From: a virus
Taxonomy: Duplodnaviria > Heunggongvirae > Uroviricota > Caudoviricetes
Direction: 5' to 3' (one strand)
IMG/VR virus record: IMGVR_UViG_3300035547_000249
Length of the DNA: 64,000 bases
The notes beneath the pieces were generated by a model, which was not told where the DNA came from, made no database searches, and was given only the letters and a program-made list of their open reading frames with translations. Shown one piece after another: positions 37,681-47,396 of the stretch. The position numbers were made by a program, and so were the translations under genes. Position 1 is the first letter of the stretch. Each line of letters opens with the position of its first letter.

Positions 37681-38421
37681 ATGTTATATGGCTCTATCAT
37701 AAGTAACACCAAAAAAGTAAACTCTATACACATTCCTTGGATGATGGAGGTTATAGAGGAAAAATTTGACGATATAATGTCAATTATAGACAGTCGTTGT
37801 GTAATTTATGGCGGCGCCGTAAGAGACATTGTAGCTGGCAAAAAAATAATGGGTGACATAGACATACTTGTTAGAAGAGAAGATCTAAAAAGTATCACCC
37901 AAATATTCGAAAACTGTTCCAGATGGGTGAAATCCAACAAAAAGTTGGTAAATGAAGAATATGAAAGATTGGCTATTATAAATGGCACTATTTCATATGA
38001 GAACCCAAGCGGAAACATAGCGCAATTGATAATTCCTGATAATAGGTCCAATAAAATTAGGCAAAAGCTGCTAAATAAAAGCAGAAAAAATCTACCACCC
38101 TCAATAACAAATGGAAAGGATCAGTACTCAATAGGTCCGGCACAGCCAGAGTTTACAGTTATATTAGAAAATACAGACATAGTTTGCTGTGGTTTATTTT
38201 CTGATATTTTCGGTAATGTTTATGAAGTAGTTGAAGGTGCTATAGACGATTGTAAAAGCGGTATCATAAGACTAAATGAAAATTCAATTTTCTTGAAAAG
38301 CACAAGAAAGTTAGCTATTAACAGAGTTAATAAGCTTATCGAAAGAGGATGGATTTGGTCTTATGATGAAAGTATTGAAAACAAAATAGATGAAAGAATA
38401 AAGGAGAGCAACAATGGCTAA
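37681..38421 (+). CDS. pol-beta-type nucleotidyltransferase domain protein (…IYGGAVRDIVAGKKIMGDIDILV…)
   Basis: GG-x-VRD…GD-x-D motif as in CCA-adding/poly(A) polymerase heads and minimal NTases. Start taken at ATG 37681 after GGAG. Confidence 0.5.
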   Translation: MLYGSIISNTKKVNSIHIPWMMEVIEEKFDDIMSIIDSRCVIYGGAVRDIVAGKKIMGDIDILVRREDLKSITQIFENCSRWVKSNKKLVNEEYERLAIINGTISYENPSGNIAQLIIPDNRSNKIRQKLLNKSRKNLPPSITNGKDQYSIGPAQPEFTVILENTDIVCCGLFSDIFGNVYEVVEGAIDDCKSGIIRLNENSIFLKSTRKLAINRVNKLIERGWIWSYDESIENKIDERIKESNNG

Positions 38422-38752
38422 GAAAACAATCATTAATTCGATTCTTGCAAGTGACATTCCCTATGACTTTGCAGCTGTATATTTTACAGTAGGCGGAGTT
38501 CCATTAAAGAAAGACGGTCAACCGTGTATTGATGCAAATGGAGAACCTCTTTTTCCGCCGGTAAAAGAAATTAAACACTGTAGAGATAGGTTTGGAACTG
38601 GCGCATACGTAGATCAGCCCTGTTATGACATTCATTTTGAGGATAATCCGCAGAGAATTCTGGTTCCTGTAAAGAAGTGTTCTCAGATCGGTATTGTTGT
38701 AGTTGAGGAAGAACAAGAAAACAATACTCCAGAATTACCTGAAGCAGATTAA
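38414..38752 (+). CDS. hypothetical protein
   Basis: RBS AAGGAG; ORF only. Confidence 0.45.
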   Translation: MAKKTIINSILASDIPYDFAAVYFTVGGVPLKKDGQPCIDANGEPLFPPVKEIKHCRDRFGTGAYVDQPCYDIHFEDNPQRILVPVKKCSQIGIVVVEEEQENNTPELPEAD

Positions 38753-38768
38753 TTAAAAAGGGAAATAA

Positions 38769-39425
38769 ATGAAAAATAAGATATTGGTTGTCAATGGAAT
38801 GTGCTGCAATGGCATTATGTCAGAAATTGGTGATGTAACAAACGAGGTTGAAGAATTTACCAGAAACCCGAAAAATTTTAAACTGGTACTATTTACTGGT
38901 GGAGAAGACGTAACACCGAAACTTTATGGACACAAAAGCCCAAAAGGCCTGTGTAGATCTAGTTTATCAAGAGATATGGAAGAAATGGAGATATTCTCTA
39001 CTGCTCTGTTGGGCGAAGTATTGTGTGCAGGTATTTGTAGAGGATTTCAGTTTCTTAATGTCATGGCTGGTGGTACATTAATCCATCATGCATCGAACCA
39101 CGGAGGTTCTGTTCATGACGTTACTACCGTTTATGGTGAAAATTTTGAGGTGAATTCTCTACATCATCAAATTGTAGTACCAACAGAAGAGAACAGTGAT
39201 GTAATAGCTTGGAGCAAAAATAAGATTTCAAGTTATTATTATGGCGACATGGATGAGAAGATCGAAGATCCTGATAAAGAAGTTGAAGCAGCTGTATTCA
39301 AGAAAATCAATTCTATTGGTGTGCAATGGCACCCAGAGTTTTTAAGAAGGGGTTCAGAAGGATACAACTGGTTTCTCGAATTTGTAGATAGCTTTTTAGG
39401 AAACAAAACAGTAACAGCAAAATAA
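38769..39425 (+). CDS. class-I glutamine amidotransferase-like / peptidase C26 family protein (second copy)
   Basis: …CAGICRGFQFLNV… and …VQWHPE…. Confidence 0.6.
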   Translation: MKNKILVVNGMCCNGIMSEIGDVTNEVEEFTRNPKNFKLVLFTGGEDVTPKLYGHKSPKGLCRSSLSRDMEEMEIFSTALLGEVLCAGICRGFQFLNVMAGGTLIHHASNHGGSVHDVTTVYGENFEVNSLHHQIVVPTEENSDVIAWSKNKISSYYYGDMDEKIEDPDKEVEAAVFKKINSIGVQWHPEFLRRGSEGYNWFLEFVDSFLGNKTVTAK

Positions 39426-39446
39426 TTATTAAGGGGTGATGTATTA

Positions 39447-39869
39447 ATGGAATATGCCAATATAGCCCTAATTGATACAATAGGTAGGGTATGCGTTCAT
39501 AAAACTGATAGAGTCAATGATTCTATGTATTCAGTAACTACTGATTTGTTTATAGACAAAGAAGGGCATGCATTAGATGAGGCAATAAAAGAATTATCTA
39601 CTGTGGTTGGTATAAGTCCTTCAGCATTGCTCAACAGTTCGAAGATAACTAAACGCAAAGAGGTGGAGAACTTTTGTAGAATACTGAGAAACAAAAGAAT
39701 TCACCTCTTTGTGTGTCAAATAATGAAAAATACAAGTATAAAAATAGACAAATCTGTAGGTGATATAAGGTTCGTTCATGTGGATGTTGTTAGTAATATG
39801 TTGAAAGAAAACAAAATAAACATGAACATGTATGGTAAAGAAATGATTAAATTCATTAAACAAAAATAG
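39447..39869 (+). CDS. hypothetical protein
   Basis: RBS AAGGGG; ORF only. Confidence 0.45.
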   Translation: MEYANIALIDTIGRVCVHKTDRVNDSMYSVTTDLFIDKEGHALDEAIKELSTVVGISPSALLNSSKITKRKEVENFCRILRNKRIHLFVCQIMKNTSIKIDKSVGDIRFVHVDVVSNMLKENKINMNMYGKEMIKFIKQK

Positions 39870-39878
39870 GAAATCGAC

Positions 39879-40451
39879 ATGTCAAAAGAAGTATATTTAG
39901 TTGTATTAAACTATATAGAGCCGACAGAATTTGATATGACTGGAGACAAAGAAGAATATGATGAATTAACATTCTCTTCAGATCAGTCAGAGGTTTATGT
40001 ATATAACACACTTGAGGAAGTAAACGAACATGTGGTAACAGAATCATTTGGAGAACCTTCATTAGATGGAGACTATATAAAAGTTTTCCATGGGGTTATA
40101 GTTCCTGCAAGCTATATACCTGAAACATTCAATGGGTGTACCCCTTTCTTATATGTGAAACACCCCCTAAGGTATACTGAAGATTTACATAAACATGAGG
40201 CTTATTTCAGAAAAATATCAGAAGGCACAGATGTTCTTGTTAAAGTAATAGAAGAACTGATGACTTATCATGTTTATGACTCTTTAAAGGGTAGGTCATA
40301 TAAACTCATTATTAAGGACGCAAACATATTTCTTGGTTATGAGCTCCAAATGGCTTTACACTGTCCAGAACAAAGCTCTGATGAAGAGGCTATATACAGA
40401 ATTAAAAAATTGAGAGACAAGATATTATCAAACAATAATCAGGAGAAATGA
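39879..40451 (+). CDS. hypothetical acidic protein
   Basis: ORF only. Confidence 0.45.
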   Translation: MSKEVYLVVLNYIEPTEFDMTGDKEEYDELTFSSDQSEVYVYNTLEEVNEHVVTESFGEPSLDGDYIKVFHGVIVPASYIPETFNGCTPFLYVKHPLRYTEDLHKHEAYFRKISEGTDVLVKVIEELMTYHVYDSLKGRSYKLIIKDANIFLGYELQMALHCPEQSSDEEAIYRIKKLRDKILSNNNQEK

Positions 40452-40876
40452 TAATGACAACAAATGTAAAATTAAAGATATATGAAGATGATGATAAAAA
40501 AGAAAAGCATGTTCTTATCGGAAGATTGCTTGGAGCAGTAAGCACTGAAGAAGCAAAACATTTGGTAGGTAACCTAAAAATAGCAGCAAAGGTATCCACT
40601 GCTGAGTCAAAAAGTATAGAAGATGTCCAAAAAGCACTGCTTAAAGGCATTAACACAAAAGAAAATGATGACGGTACAGACAGAATTGTTTTGGCTATAA
40701 AACAAATTTCATCTCCCGAAACCAATATTATGTTGGATACTTTTACCAGACAATTGTTTGTAAGCGACAGAGTAAGTATGGTAAAAGAATCTCATATAAA
40801 ACCAGGAAGAAACGGGTCTAGGATGACGTTGTGGTGCAGAAAAGAATCGCTCATAATCTGTGAAGAGGAGGAATAA
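40448..40876 (+). CDS. hypothetical protein
   Basis: RBS CAGGAGAA; ATGA overlap. Confidence 0.45.
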   Translation: MIMTTNVKLKIYEDDDKKEKHVLIGRLLGAVSTEEAKHLVGNLKIAAKVSTAESKSIEDVQKALLKGINTKENDDGTDRIVLAIKQISSPETNIMLDTFTRQLFVSDRVSMVKESHIKPGRNGSRMTLWCRKESLIICEEEE

Positions 40877-40878
40877 CA

Positions 40879-41811
40879 ATGAGTATTAAAGTAACAAGTA
40901 ATATCAGAAGACCTGGTACAGATTTTTCCGTCATTGATGGAATGAACAATACGTCTCTACTTACAGGTTCAAAAGGAGTAATTTCCTACGTACTTGGTTC
41001 TGATCATGGATGCCCTAATGTGTTATTCCAAAACTGTGTTGTGTCAAGAAGAGGAAAAGGCGGAAAAGACAGAATGGAACAAGTATCGTTAATTAGTCCT
41101 TTGATTAACGTAAACTGCTTACCGATGGATATATTAATACCAGATCATGATAAATACAAACAACTTGTCACAATCGAATCAAACTTTGATTCTGTTGATT
41201 TAGACCATATGAGTGTTAATGGTTATATAAACTGGTTATTTGCCAATTTATTGTTTGTAAGAGAACTGGCAAACGTCAAATTAAATAAAAACAGCAAACT
41301 TCCCATGAAGCTGCCAATCAACCAAGACAGAATGATTCGTTTATGGAGAATTGATGATGGAAATGAGCTCATAATGTCTTTCATGGAAAACATAGTAGAC
41401 CTGTTTGAGAGCGGCGGTGATGAGGATTTAAAATATATTTATAACAACTATATTAACCACAATTCAGCATTAACTTCTATGCTGAGAGAGTTGTATCATA
41501 GAACTACTTTAGTTAATATAGAGTATAGAACCAAAACCATGGCGCTTGAGATTAGTGCATTAGAATACATTATGAAAGTAGTGGCGTCTAAGAAAGAATC
41601 TTTAAAGGGCGTTGATGTAGATGATTTGTTTGGCAAATTGAAAGATAAAAAAGAATTGATAAAAACCATGAAAAGCGGTTTGGATAAAAAACTGGATAGA
41701 AAGCTTTCTATGTTTAGTAAAAATATGTCCAATTATGCAAAAAATAAGGAAAAAATTATGGGTTTAAAAGTAAATAAGCCCATGATGGCAACAGCAACAT
41801 TTGACCTATAA
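40879..41811 (+). CDS. hypothetical protein (310 aa)
   Basis: RBS GAGGAGG. Confidence 0.5.
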   Translation: MSIKVTSNIRRPGTDFSVIDGMNNTSLLTGSKGVISYVLGSDHGCPNVLFQNCVVSRRGKGGKDRMEQVSLISPLINVNCLPMDILIPDHDKYKQLVTIESNFDSVDLDHMSVNGYINWLFANLLFVRELANVKLNKNSKLPMKLPINQDRMIRLWRIDDGNELIMSFMENIVDLFESGGDEDLKYIYNNYINHNSALTSMLRELYHRTTLVNIEYRTKTMALEISALEYIMKVVASKKESLKGVDVDDLFGKLKDKKELIKTMKSGLDKKLDRKLSMFSKNMSNYAKNKEKIMGLKVNKPMMATATFDL

Positions 41812-42670
41812 ATACAAAGTTGGGATGGTTATGATATTTCAAGGAGAAAAGGTGGAAGTAATAGCGTCTTATACAAACGGTAAAGGCGCTAAAATAAGAG
41901 TAGGCAGTAAAGGATACATAACTAAAACTCACCCAAATGTAACACATTTAACAAATAATAGGGGAAATCGCATAATTCTGATTCCTGCTGAAATAGTTTT
42001 TTCCAGGTATGGTTTTGAAAAAAGAAGTAGAAGCGAAAGAAAGCTTGTAGATCTTATATATCCTGGATACAGGGGTATTGGGAATAATAACATAACCAAT
42101 ATGAAAAAGTTTCTTGATTCCTCTATAAATTTTGCTATGTCAGCTAGTTCTGGTGACAAAAAGAAGGTAGTTGCGATAAGAAAAAGTCAAGAGCCAATAA
42201 ATCTATTATACAGTAGATCAGAAAGAGTGTCTTGGTTAAAAAGTGTTACAACCAAAGATTTAAGTAAATATACATATCCTATGGAATTAAGAGATAAGCT
42301 AAAATTTACAAGCGAAGTAGAGAGAGTGGACAAGAATGCTTTAGTTATTATAGAAGATCTTGTTAACTCAGTAATAAACTGGGATCATAAAAGAGAAATG
42401 CTATTAATTAATTGTGTTGCTGATGATATGGATATGTTCAAAAGTATATACATAATTATTAAGTCGCTCTTATCAAATACGGCTAGGCACTCAATTATAA
42501 ACATCAACAAAAGAAAAAGAAACAGGATTAGCACCGATGCAATTTACTCTTCATATCTACAGTTGGCTATGAATGGGTTATACAAATATCTGAGCATAGG
42601 TAATGCCAATGGTAAAATGAAAGATTACGCTTATAGGATTGCCAATATTTACAAAAAAATGGAAATTTGA
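41801..42670 (+). CDS. hypothetical protein (289 aa)
   Basis: ORF only. Confidence 0.45.
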   Translation: MTYKYKVGMVMIFQGEKVEVIASYTNGKGAKIRVGSKGYITKTHPNVTHLTNNRGNRIILIPAEIVFSRYGFEKRSRSERKLVDLIYPGYRGIGNNNITNMKKFLDSSINFAMSASSGDKKKVVAIRKSQEPINLLYSRSERVSWLKSVTTKDLSKYTYPMELRDKLKFTSEVERVDKNALVIIEDLVNSVINWDHKREMLLINCVADDMDMFKSIYIIIKSLLSNTARHSIININKRKRNRISTDAIYSSYLQLAMNGLYKYLSIGNANGKMKDYAYRIANIYKKMEI

Positions 42671-42688
42671 CAAGATTGGAGTGAATTT

Positions 42689-45600
42689 ATGGGCTTTGTG
42701 TCGGAAATGCAGAAGTTGGCGAATTTGGTAAAATCTCAATTTGAATCCAGAACAATCACTCAATCAAAAAGAACTGGACGAGATTTTAGAGATGTTTTAA
42801 TGACTAATAGTATTTCAAACAATATGCTAACCATAGAAGTAACTACAAACAACTCTAATCATGTTCTAACTATACCAGTACCGTACACTAAGAATAATGT
42901 AACACTAATTAAGAATAATGAAATAGAAAGAGCTGTTTGTAACTATTTTGATGTTAAAGCAGATAGAATTATTTCGTATACAGATATTATGTATGAAATA
43001 TTCATGGGAGATTTTTCTACTTTTGTTAAGGAAATAAAGAAAAAGAAAGTTGTTTTTGTACAACAACTTGCTTATTCTATTATTAATGATAATATATCAG
43101 TTATCATGTATAATCTTCAAAAGGCAATAAATGAAGTAGTAAATAAAATGCCTCTACATGAAACAGATATGTTGAGTTGGGTCATGAACAGTAGACTCAT
43201 GATGTTAGATTATGACTTTGATAAATTAAATGACCCAGAGCAAAAACTGTACTATCAGATAGATAAAAATAGAAAATACTTCAATAGGGGGTGGACATCT
43301 ATTGGATTATCAGACGGAACTCTCTCGGACAAGAATTATATTTTAACTGATAACATAAGAAAATACAGCCCCTTTGGATTAAAATATCATAACCCTCAAA
43401 GAAACCTTTACTCTACTTTATGTATGAAAGGAGACGAAGATCAAGCTATAAGAACTTGTTCTTATCAAGATCTTGTAGATAAAGGCACAAAGAGAAAGGG
43501 CTGGAATTGGTTTACTGCTTATGTTGATGTACCAGACACTTTTGAAGACCAAATATTGGTTAGCAAAAGACATTCAGATAAATATATTACGTCATACAGA
43601 AGAATTTTCTGTTATGGTGATGTTTTAGTAAAAGTCGGTCAACACATAAAGTTTGGGCAGAAATTATGTAAATCCATAGACGGAAAAGTAACAAGATATG
43701 AAATAAGAGCAGATAACTCTAAAGTTATTAATATAAAGTCAGAAAAAGTGGTAATAGGGGGAAAAGATAAACAGGCTTGGTCAATAAAGGTCAGACTGAG
43801 AAGAAATCTAAAGGATGCCACTAAAATAACCAATACCCATGGAAATAAAGGTGTAATCAGGCTGATGGACCTCGGTTACGCTATAGACCCTGTAACAGGT
43901 AAAAAGAGAGACATAGATGTAATTGTATCAGCTAAGACTATACCAAAAAGAGAGAATTTTGGTCAATTGTTAGAAGCCCTAACCAATGACATCATTGAAA
44001 GAACACACAAGAATAGAAAAGTACACCGTACCGGAAGTTCTTGGACTTCTTCAGATCAAAGTATTGGAGTAACACACAGGTGTGAACATGAGAGAAAACA
44101 TGTAGTGATCCAAGATGACTTTGATCCAGGAGTAGAAAACATAAAAAGAAACCTTACCTCTTTAGGTTTTAATGAAACCTTGAGTTGGAAATGCAATACC
44201 TATATAGGAGAAGTAAATGCCTGTTGTGGTAATGTTTTCTGGGGAGTATCAAAAGAAGCAGAGGATCAGTTGTGGGAAAAAGGAGATTCCCTTAGAAAGA
44301 ACAATCAGGACTTAAGGACTGCTGGATTAAAACTATCCACAGTAGAATTTAAAGCGCTTGAAACTAATTTCGGGAAAGATAATTCCATTATAAGAGAGGT
44401 GTTATCTCATACTCAGGGATCTGATATATTATCAGAAAAGATGAGAATAACCAAAAGTAAATTGGGAGAATTCCCATCAAACACTCCTGTTGTAGATATT
44501 AGGGACGTTAAAACAATAGATCAAACCAACGGCACCATGTTTGATGAATCAGAAATAGTAAACACTGTTGCAGATGAGAATTACTTCGAAAATGGGTTTT
44601 TAATAAGTCTCCCATTAAAATATCAGACAGCCGTTGGAGTAGATAAGTCCTTAGATCACGAAGGCGGTGTTGTTTTATATGAAGGAGGGTTTGACCCGGA
44701 GTTATACAAACACATATTCTTAACTGACAAAATATATGTACCATATGGTATACTAAGAAGGTGTTGGAGACATAGTTCAGGCATGTATGGCATGAACCCT
44801 ATAACAACACTTATTAATAATGTAGTGGTTATGGCAAACAAGTATATTAATGACCCAGAAGACCCAATTAATATTTCAATGTATTATATGGCTCTTAGAT
44901 CTTACTTTAATAGGGTATTAAAATCCTTAGTAGGAAAGTCTGGAGATATTAATAACTATGCTCTGTCAGTAAGATACCCGTTTTCTGCTAAAGCAGTAGC
45001 TACTTTAAGTAGTACTCTTCCTGATAACACAATACAAATACACAGAAACATGGCAGAAATATTGGGAGCCAATGAGGGAGATTTCTTGTTAGTAGAAAGA
45101 TTCCCGTGCTTGGGTTTCATGGGTGTAAGATCACAAAAAGTTACTATTACCGACGATCCTATGTGCAAATATACTATACGAGTGAGTGGTAATAGCTTGG
45201 TATCTCAAAACCTGGATTTTGATGGTGATGTTATATATGTAGCGTCGTTTAAGACAAAGGAAGCTAACTCTTTATTAAAGAAAGAATGGGAAAATCCTAA
45301 TCAAGCATATTGGAGGCATGTAGATTGGTTGAATAATAGAAAAGGTAAACCTACGGTCAATTGTTTCAATTTTGATGATTATAAAGTCAAAGCGTTTGAG
45401 GATTTAGACGCTAATAGCCATTCAGAGATAATAAGTAAATCTACTGGTGTAAAAGCGTTGACGGGTCCAATGATGGCAATGGCTTATAATTTGATGAGGA
45501 TAACAGAAACAGTAGGTGGTCAAGTAGATCAGTATATGCAAACGGACATAGAAATGTTCATTGAAAAAGCTGGTCAGTCTGTATTTGAACAGAAACATGG

Positions 45601-45967
45601 TGGAGTATCATTACACGAAATTGTAATAGATGCAATCTGTACTGGTAATGTGGAATTACTGGTTAAAAGCGGTTTCAACGAGAATGTATCAAGATTTATA
45701 TGTGACGTTATAAAGATGAAAGCATTATCTCTTGGTATAAAAGACCTATCTTCATACCATGCTAAATGTAAAGAGTTAGGATGTTCAAATATAGTAAACA
45801 AGATAGTAAAGAACGAAAATAAATTATATTTTGCCAGCAGATCTAATATTGATTTGATCAGTTTATTGAATACAATAAACATCCCTTCTGTGGATTTGCC
45901 TAGCAGGATATTCAAATTAACAACTTTCGATAAATTCGAACAAGGAGAAAATTATTATGGCTATTGA
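42689..45967 (+). CDS. single-chain two-barrel (multisubunit-type) RNA polymerase: a beta-like DPBB (…ITNTHGNKGVIRL…) followed by a beta-prime-like DPBB (…QNLDFDGDVIYVA…)
   Basis: HGNKGV matches the RpoB …RHGNKGV… lysine motif and DFDGD matches the RpoB' NADFDGD catalytic motif, both in one 1092-aa polypeptide in beta then beta-prime order. This is the YonO-like arrangement; RBS TGGAG. Confidence 0.65.
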   Translation: MGFVSEMQKLANLVKSQFESRTITQSKRTGRDFRDVLMTNSISNNMLTIEVTTNNSNHVLTIPVPYTKNNVTLIKNNEIERAVCNYFDVKADRIISYTDIMYEIFMGDFSTFVKEIKKKKVVFVQQLAYSIINDNISVIMYNLQKAINEVVNKMPLHETDMLSWVMNSRLMMLDYDFDKLNDPEQKLYYQIDKNRKYFNRGWTSIGLSDGTLSDKNYILTDNIRKYSPFGLKYHNPQRNLYSTLCMKGDEDQAIRTCSYQDLVDKGTKRKGWNWFTAYVDVPDTFEDQILVSKRHSDKYITSYRRIFCYGDVLVKVGQHIKFGQKLCKSIDGKVTRYEIRADNSKVINIKSEKVVIGGKDKQAWSIKVRLRRNLKDATKITNTHGNKGVIRLMDLGYAIDPVTGKKRDIDVIVSAKTIPKRENFGQLLEALTNDIIERTHKNRKVHRTGSSWTSSDQSIGVTHRCEHERKHVVIQDDFDPGVENIKRNLTSLGFNETLSWKCNTYIGEVNACCGNVFWGVSKEAEDQLWEKGDSLRKNNQDLRTAGLKLSTVEFKALETNFGKDNSIIREVLSHTQGSDILSEKMRITKSKLGEFPSNTPVVDIRDVKTIDQTNGTMFDESEIVNTVADENYFENGFLISLPLKYQTAVGVDKSLDHEGGVVLYEGGFDPELYKHIFLTDKIYVPYGILRRCWRHSSGMYGMNPITTLINNVVVMANKYINDPEDPINISMYYMALRSYFNRVLKSLVGKSGDINNYALSVRYPFSAKAVATLSSTLPDNTIQIHRNMAEILGANEGDFLLVERFPCLGFMGVRSQKVTITDDPMCKYTIRVSGNSLVSQNLDFDGDVIYVASFKTKEANSLLKKEWENPNQAYWRHVDWLNNRKGKPTVNCFNFDDYKVKAFEDLDANSHSEIISKSTGVKALTGPMMAMAYNLMRITETVGGQVDQYMQTDIEMFIEKAGQSVFEQKHGGVSLHEIVIDAICTGNVELLVKSGFNENVSRFICDVIKMKALSLGIKDLSSYHAKCKELGCSNIVNKIVKNENKLYFASRSNIDLISLLNTINIPSVDLPSRIFKLTTFDKFEQGENYYGY

Positions 45968-46292
45968 TATAAACGAGTGTATTTTAAGTGGAACAGTAGT
46001 TGAAGACCCACAAATTGTAGGAGAGGCACCTAATGCCTGGGTATTTATGAGACTTATGACAAGTTATGTAAAACAAAACCCTGATGGTTCTTATTCAGAT
46101 CACGAACAGCCAGTATTGATAGCTTCTGATATCCAGAGGCACGTCACTACAGCACAAAAATATATCAAACAGGGTAAAGCTTTGGCTGTAACATGTTACT
46201 ATAGAACCTGGGTAGCAGACGGAGTAGAACAACATGGTATGTTTGTTAAGAAATTCATTTTTGCTAAAGCAAATTATGGATCAAATCAGTAA
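45957..46292 (+). CDS. hypothetical protein
   Basis: ATGG overlap with the RNAP stop; ORF only. Confidence 0.45.
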   Translation: MAIDINECILSGTVVEDPQIVGEAPNAWVFMRLMTSYVKQNPDGSYSDHEQPVLIASDIQRHVTTAQKYIKQGKALAVTCYYRTWVADGVEQHGMFVKKFIFAKANYGSNQ

Positions 46293-46624
46293 TGGTAGGA
46301 GACCTTAGCAAAATAGAGGTGGGCAAAAAAGCCCTAATAACAACCGACTCTTGGTTTTTTGCTCCTGATGGAGATCAATACAGAGCTATTTTTGGAACTG
46401 TTCATGGTATAGAAACAGATGACCAGCTTCTTGGTGTTAAAACCAATGAAAGGTCAACAAATTGGTATGTTATTATAGGAAACATGACAATTGCTGGGTG
46501 TCAAATACACTATGCCATTAGAACAGATAATGTTTTCAAACATGCACCTACTGTAGAGATAAAACATGAAGATAAATTGGTAGAGGTAAAGTCAAATAAA
46601 AAGACTATTTATATAGCTGATTAA
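46292..46624 (+). CDS. hypothetical protein
   Basis: ORF only. Confidence 0.45.
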   Translation: MVGDLSKIEVGKKALITTDSWFFAPDGDQYRAIFGTVHGIETDDQLLGVKTNERSTNWYVIIGNMTIAGCQIHYAIRTDNVFKHAPTVEIKHEDKLVEVKSNKKTIYIAD

Positions 46625-46677
46625 AATAATAGTGCTCATCCAAGAATTTTTTTGGGTGAGCACTAAAAGGAATAATT

Positions 46678-46947
46678 ATGAGTAAAATAAATAAAGACGG
46701 TATACCGATAGGAACAAATTTACATTCTGCAATTAAATTTCCAGACGGTAAAGTTCCTGTAACAATAACTGCTTATAGAAAATTTTACAAACTCACAGAA
46801 GTGGGAGGCACTGATATAACGCAAGGTAAAGAGTTCAATTCTTTGTCTTCTGCAGCAGAATTTTTCAGTAGAGTAAAAAGAATTAATGGTTGGAATTATT
46901 GGAAATTAAAATCAGGAAATACAGCTAAAGAGGAGTTTAGGGGATAA
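46678..46947 (+). CDS. hypothetical protein
   Basis: RBS AAGGAA; ORF only. Confidence 0.45.
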   Translation: MSKINKDGIPIGTNLHSAIKFPDGKVPVTITAYRKFYKLTEVGGTDITQGKEFNSLSSAAEFFSRVKRINGWNYWKLKSGNTAKEEFRG

Positions 46948-47396
46948 TGCTAAGTAAAGAGGATTTCTTCAGATTTTATTGCTGCTCTTGTTTAGGGTGT
47001 AGAGCCTATTCAGCACTAAACTTTTGCTATAGGGGTTATTTAGTTTCTCCAGAAGCCTTTAATGTGTCTATTTTTACAAAAATAAAAATGAATAGGGGAG
47101 ACTTACTTTCAATAATCCAAGGTGATTATAGTATAAAAAACATAAGGAAACGTAAAGTATTTAAAATGGTATTTTGCGATAATCTTAATTGTCCAAGATG
47201 TTTTGCTGATGACATAGATATTGACTTATGTGCTTATGATTTTGGCGGAAAAACAATTAATCAAGAAGAACAATATGATGAGGTTGAAGATGAAAAAAAC
47301 GAAATTTGTTTAATACTTAGCGACAACGATGATTTTAAAAAGGAGTTTTATAAAATAATTGAAGATAATAATAAACAACGAGATAAGGATAATTGA
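46947..47396 (+). CDS. Cys-rich (zinc-binding) hypothetical protein
   Basis: CCSCLGC…CPRC motifs. Confidence 0.4.
   Translation: MLSKEDFFRFYCCSCLGCRAYSALNFCYRGYLVSPEAFNVSIFTKIKMNRGDLLSIIQGDYSIKNIRKRKVFKMVFCDNLNCPRCFADDIDIDLCAYDFGGKTINQEEQYDEVEDEKNEICLILSDNDDFKKEFYKIIEDNNKQRDKDN

Noticed and set aside
42689-45967. Annotating the 1092-aa protein as a structural tail or virion protein on size grounds
   Set aside because: The presence of both HGNKGV and DFDGD motifs in the correct order and spacing is far more specific for a two-barrel RNA polymerase.
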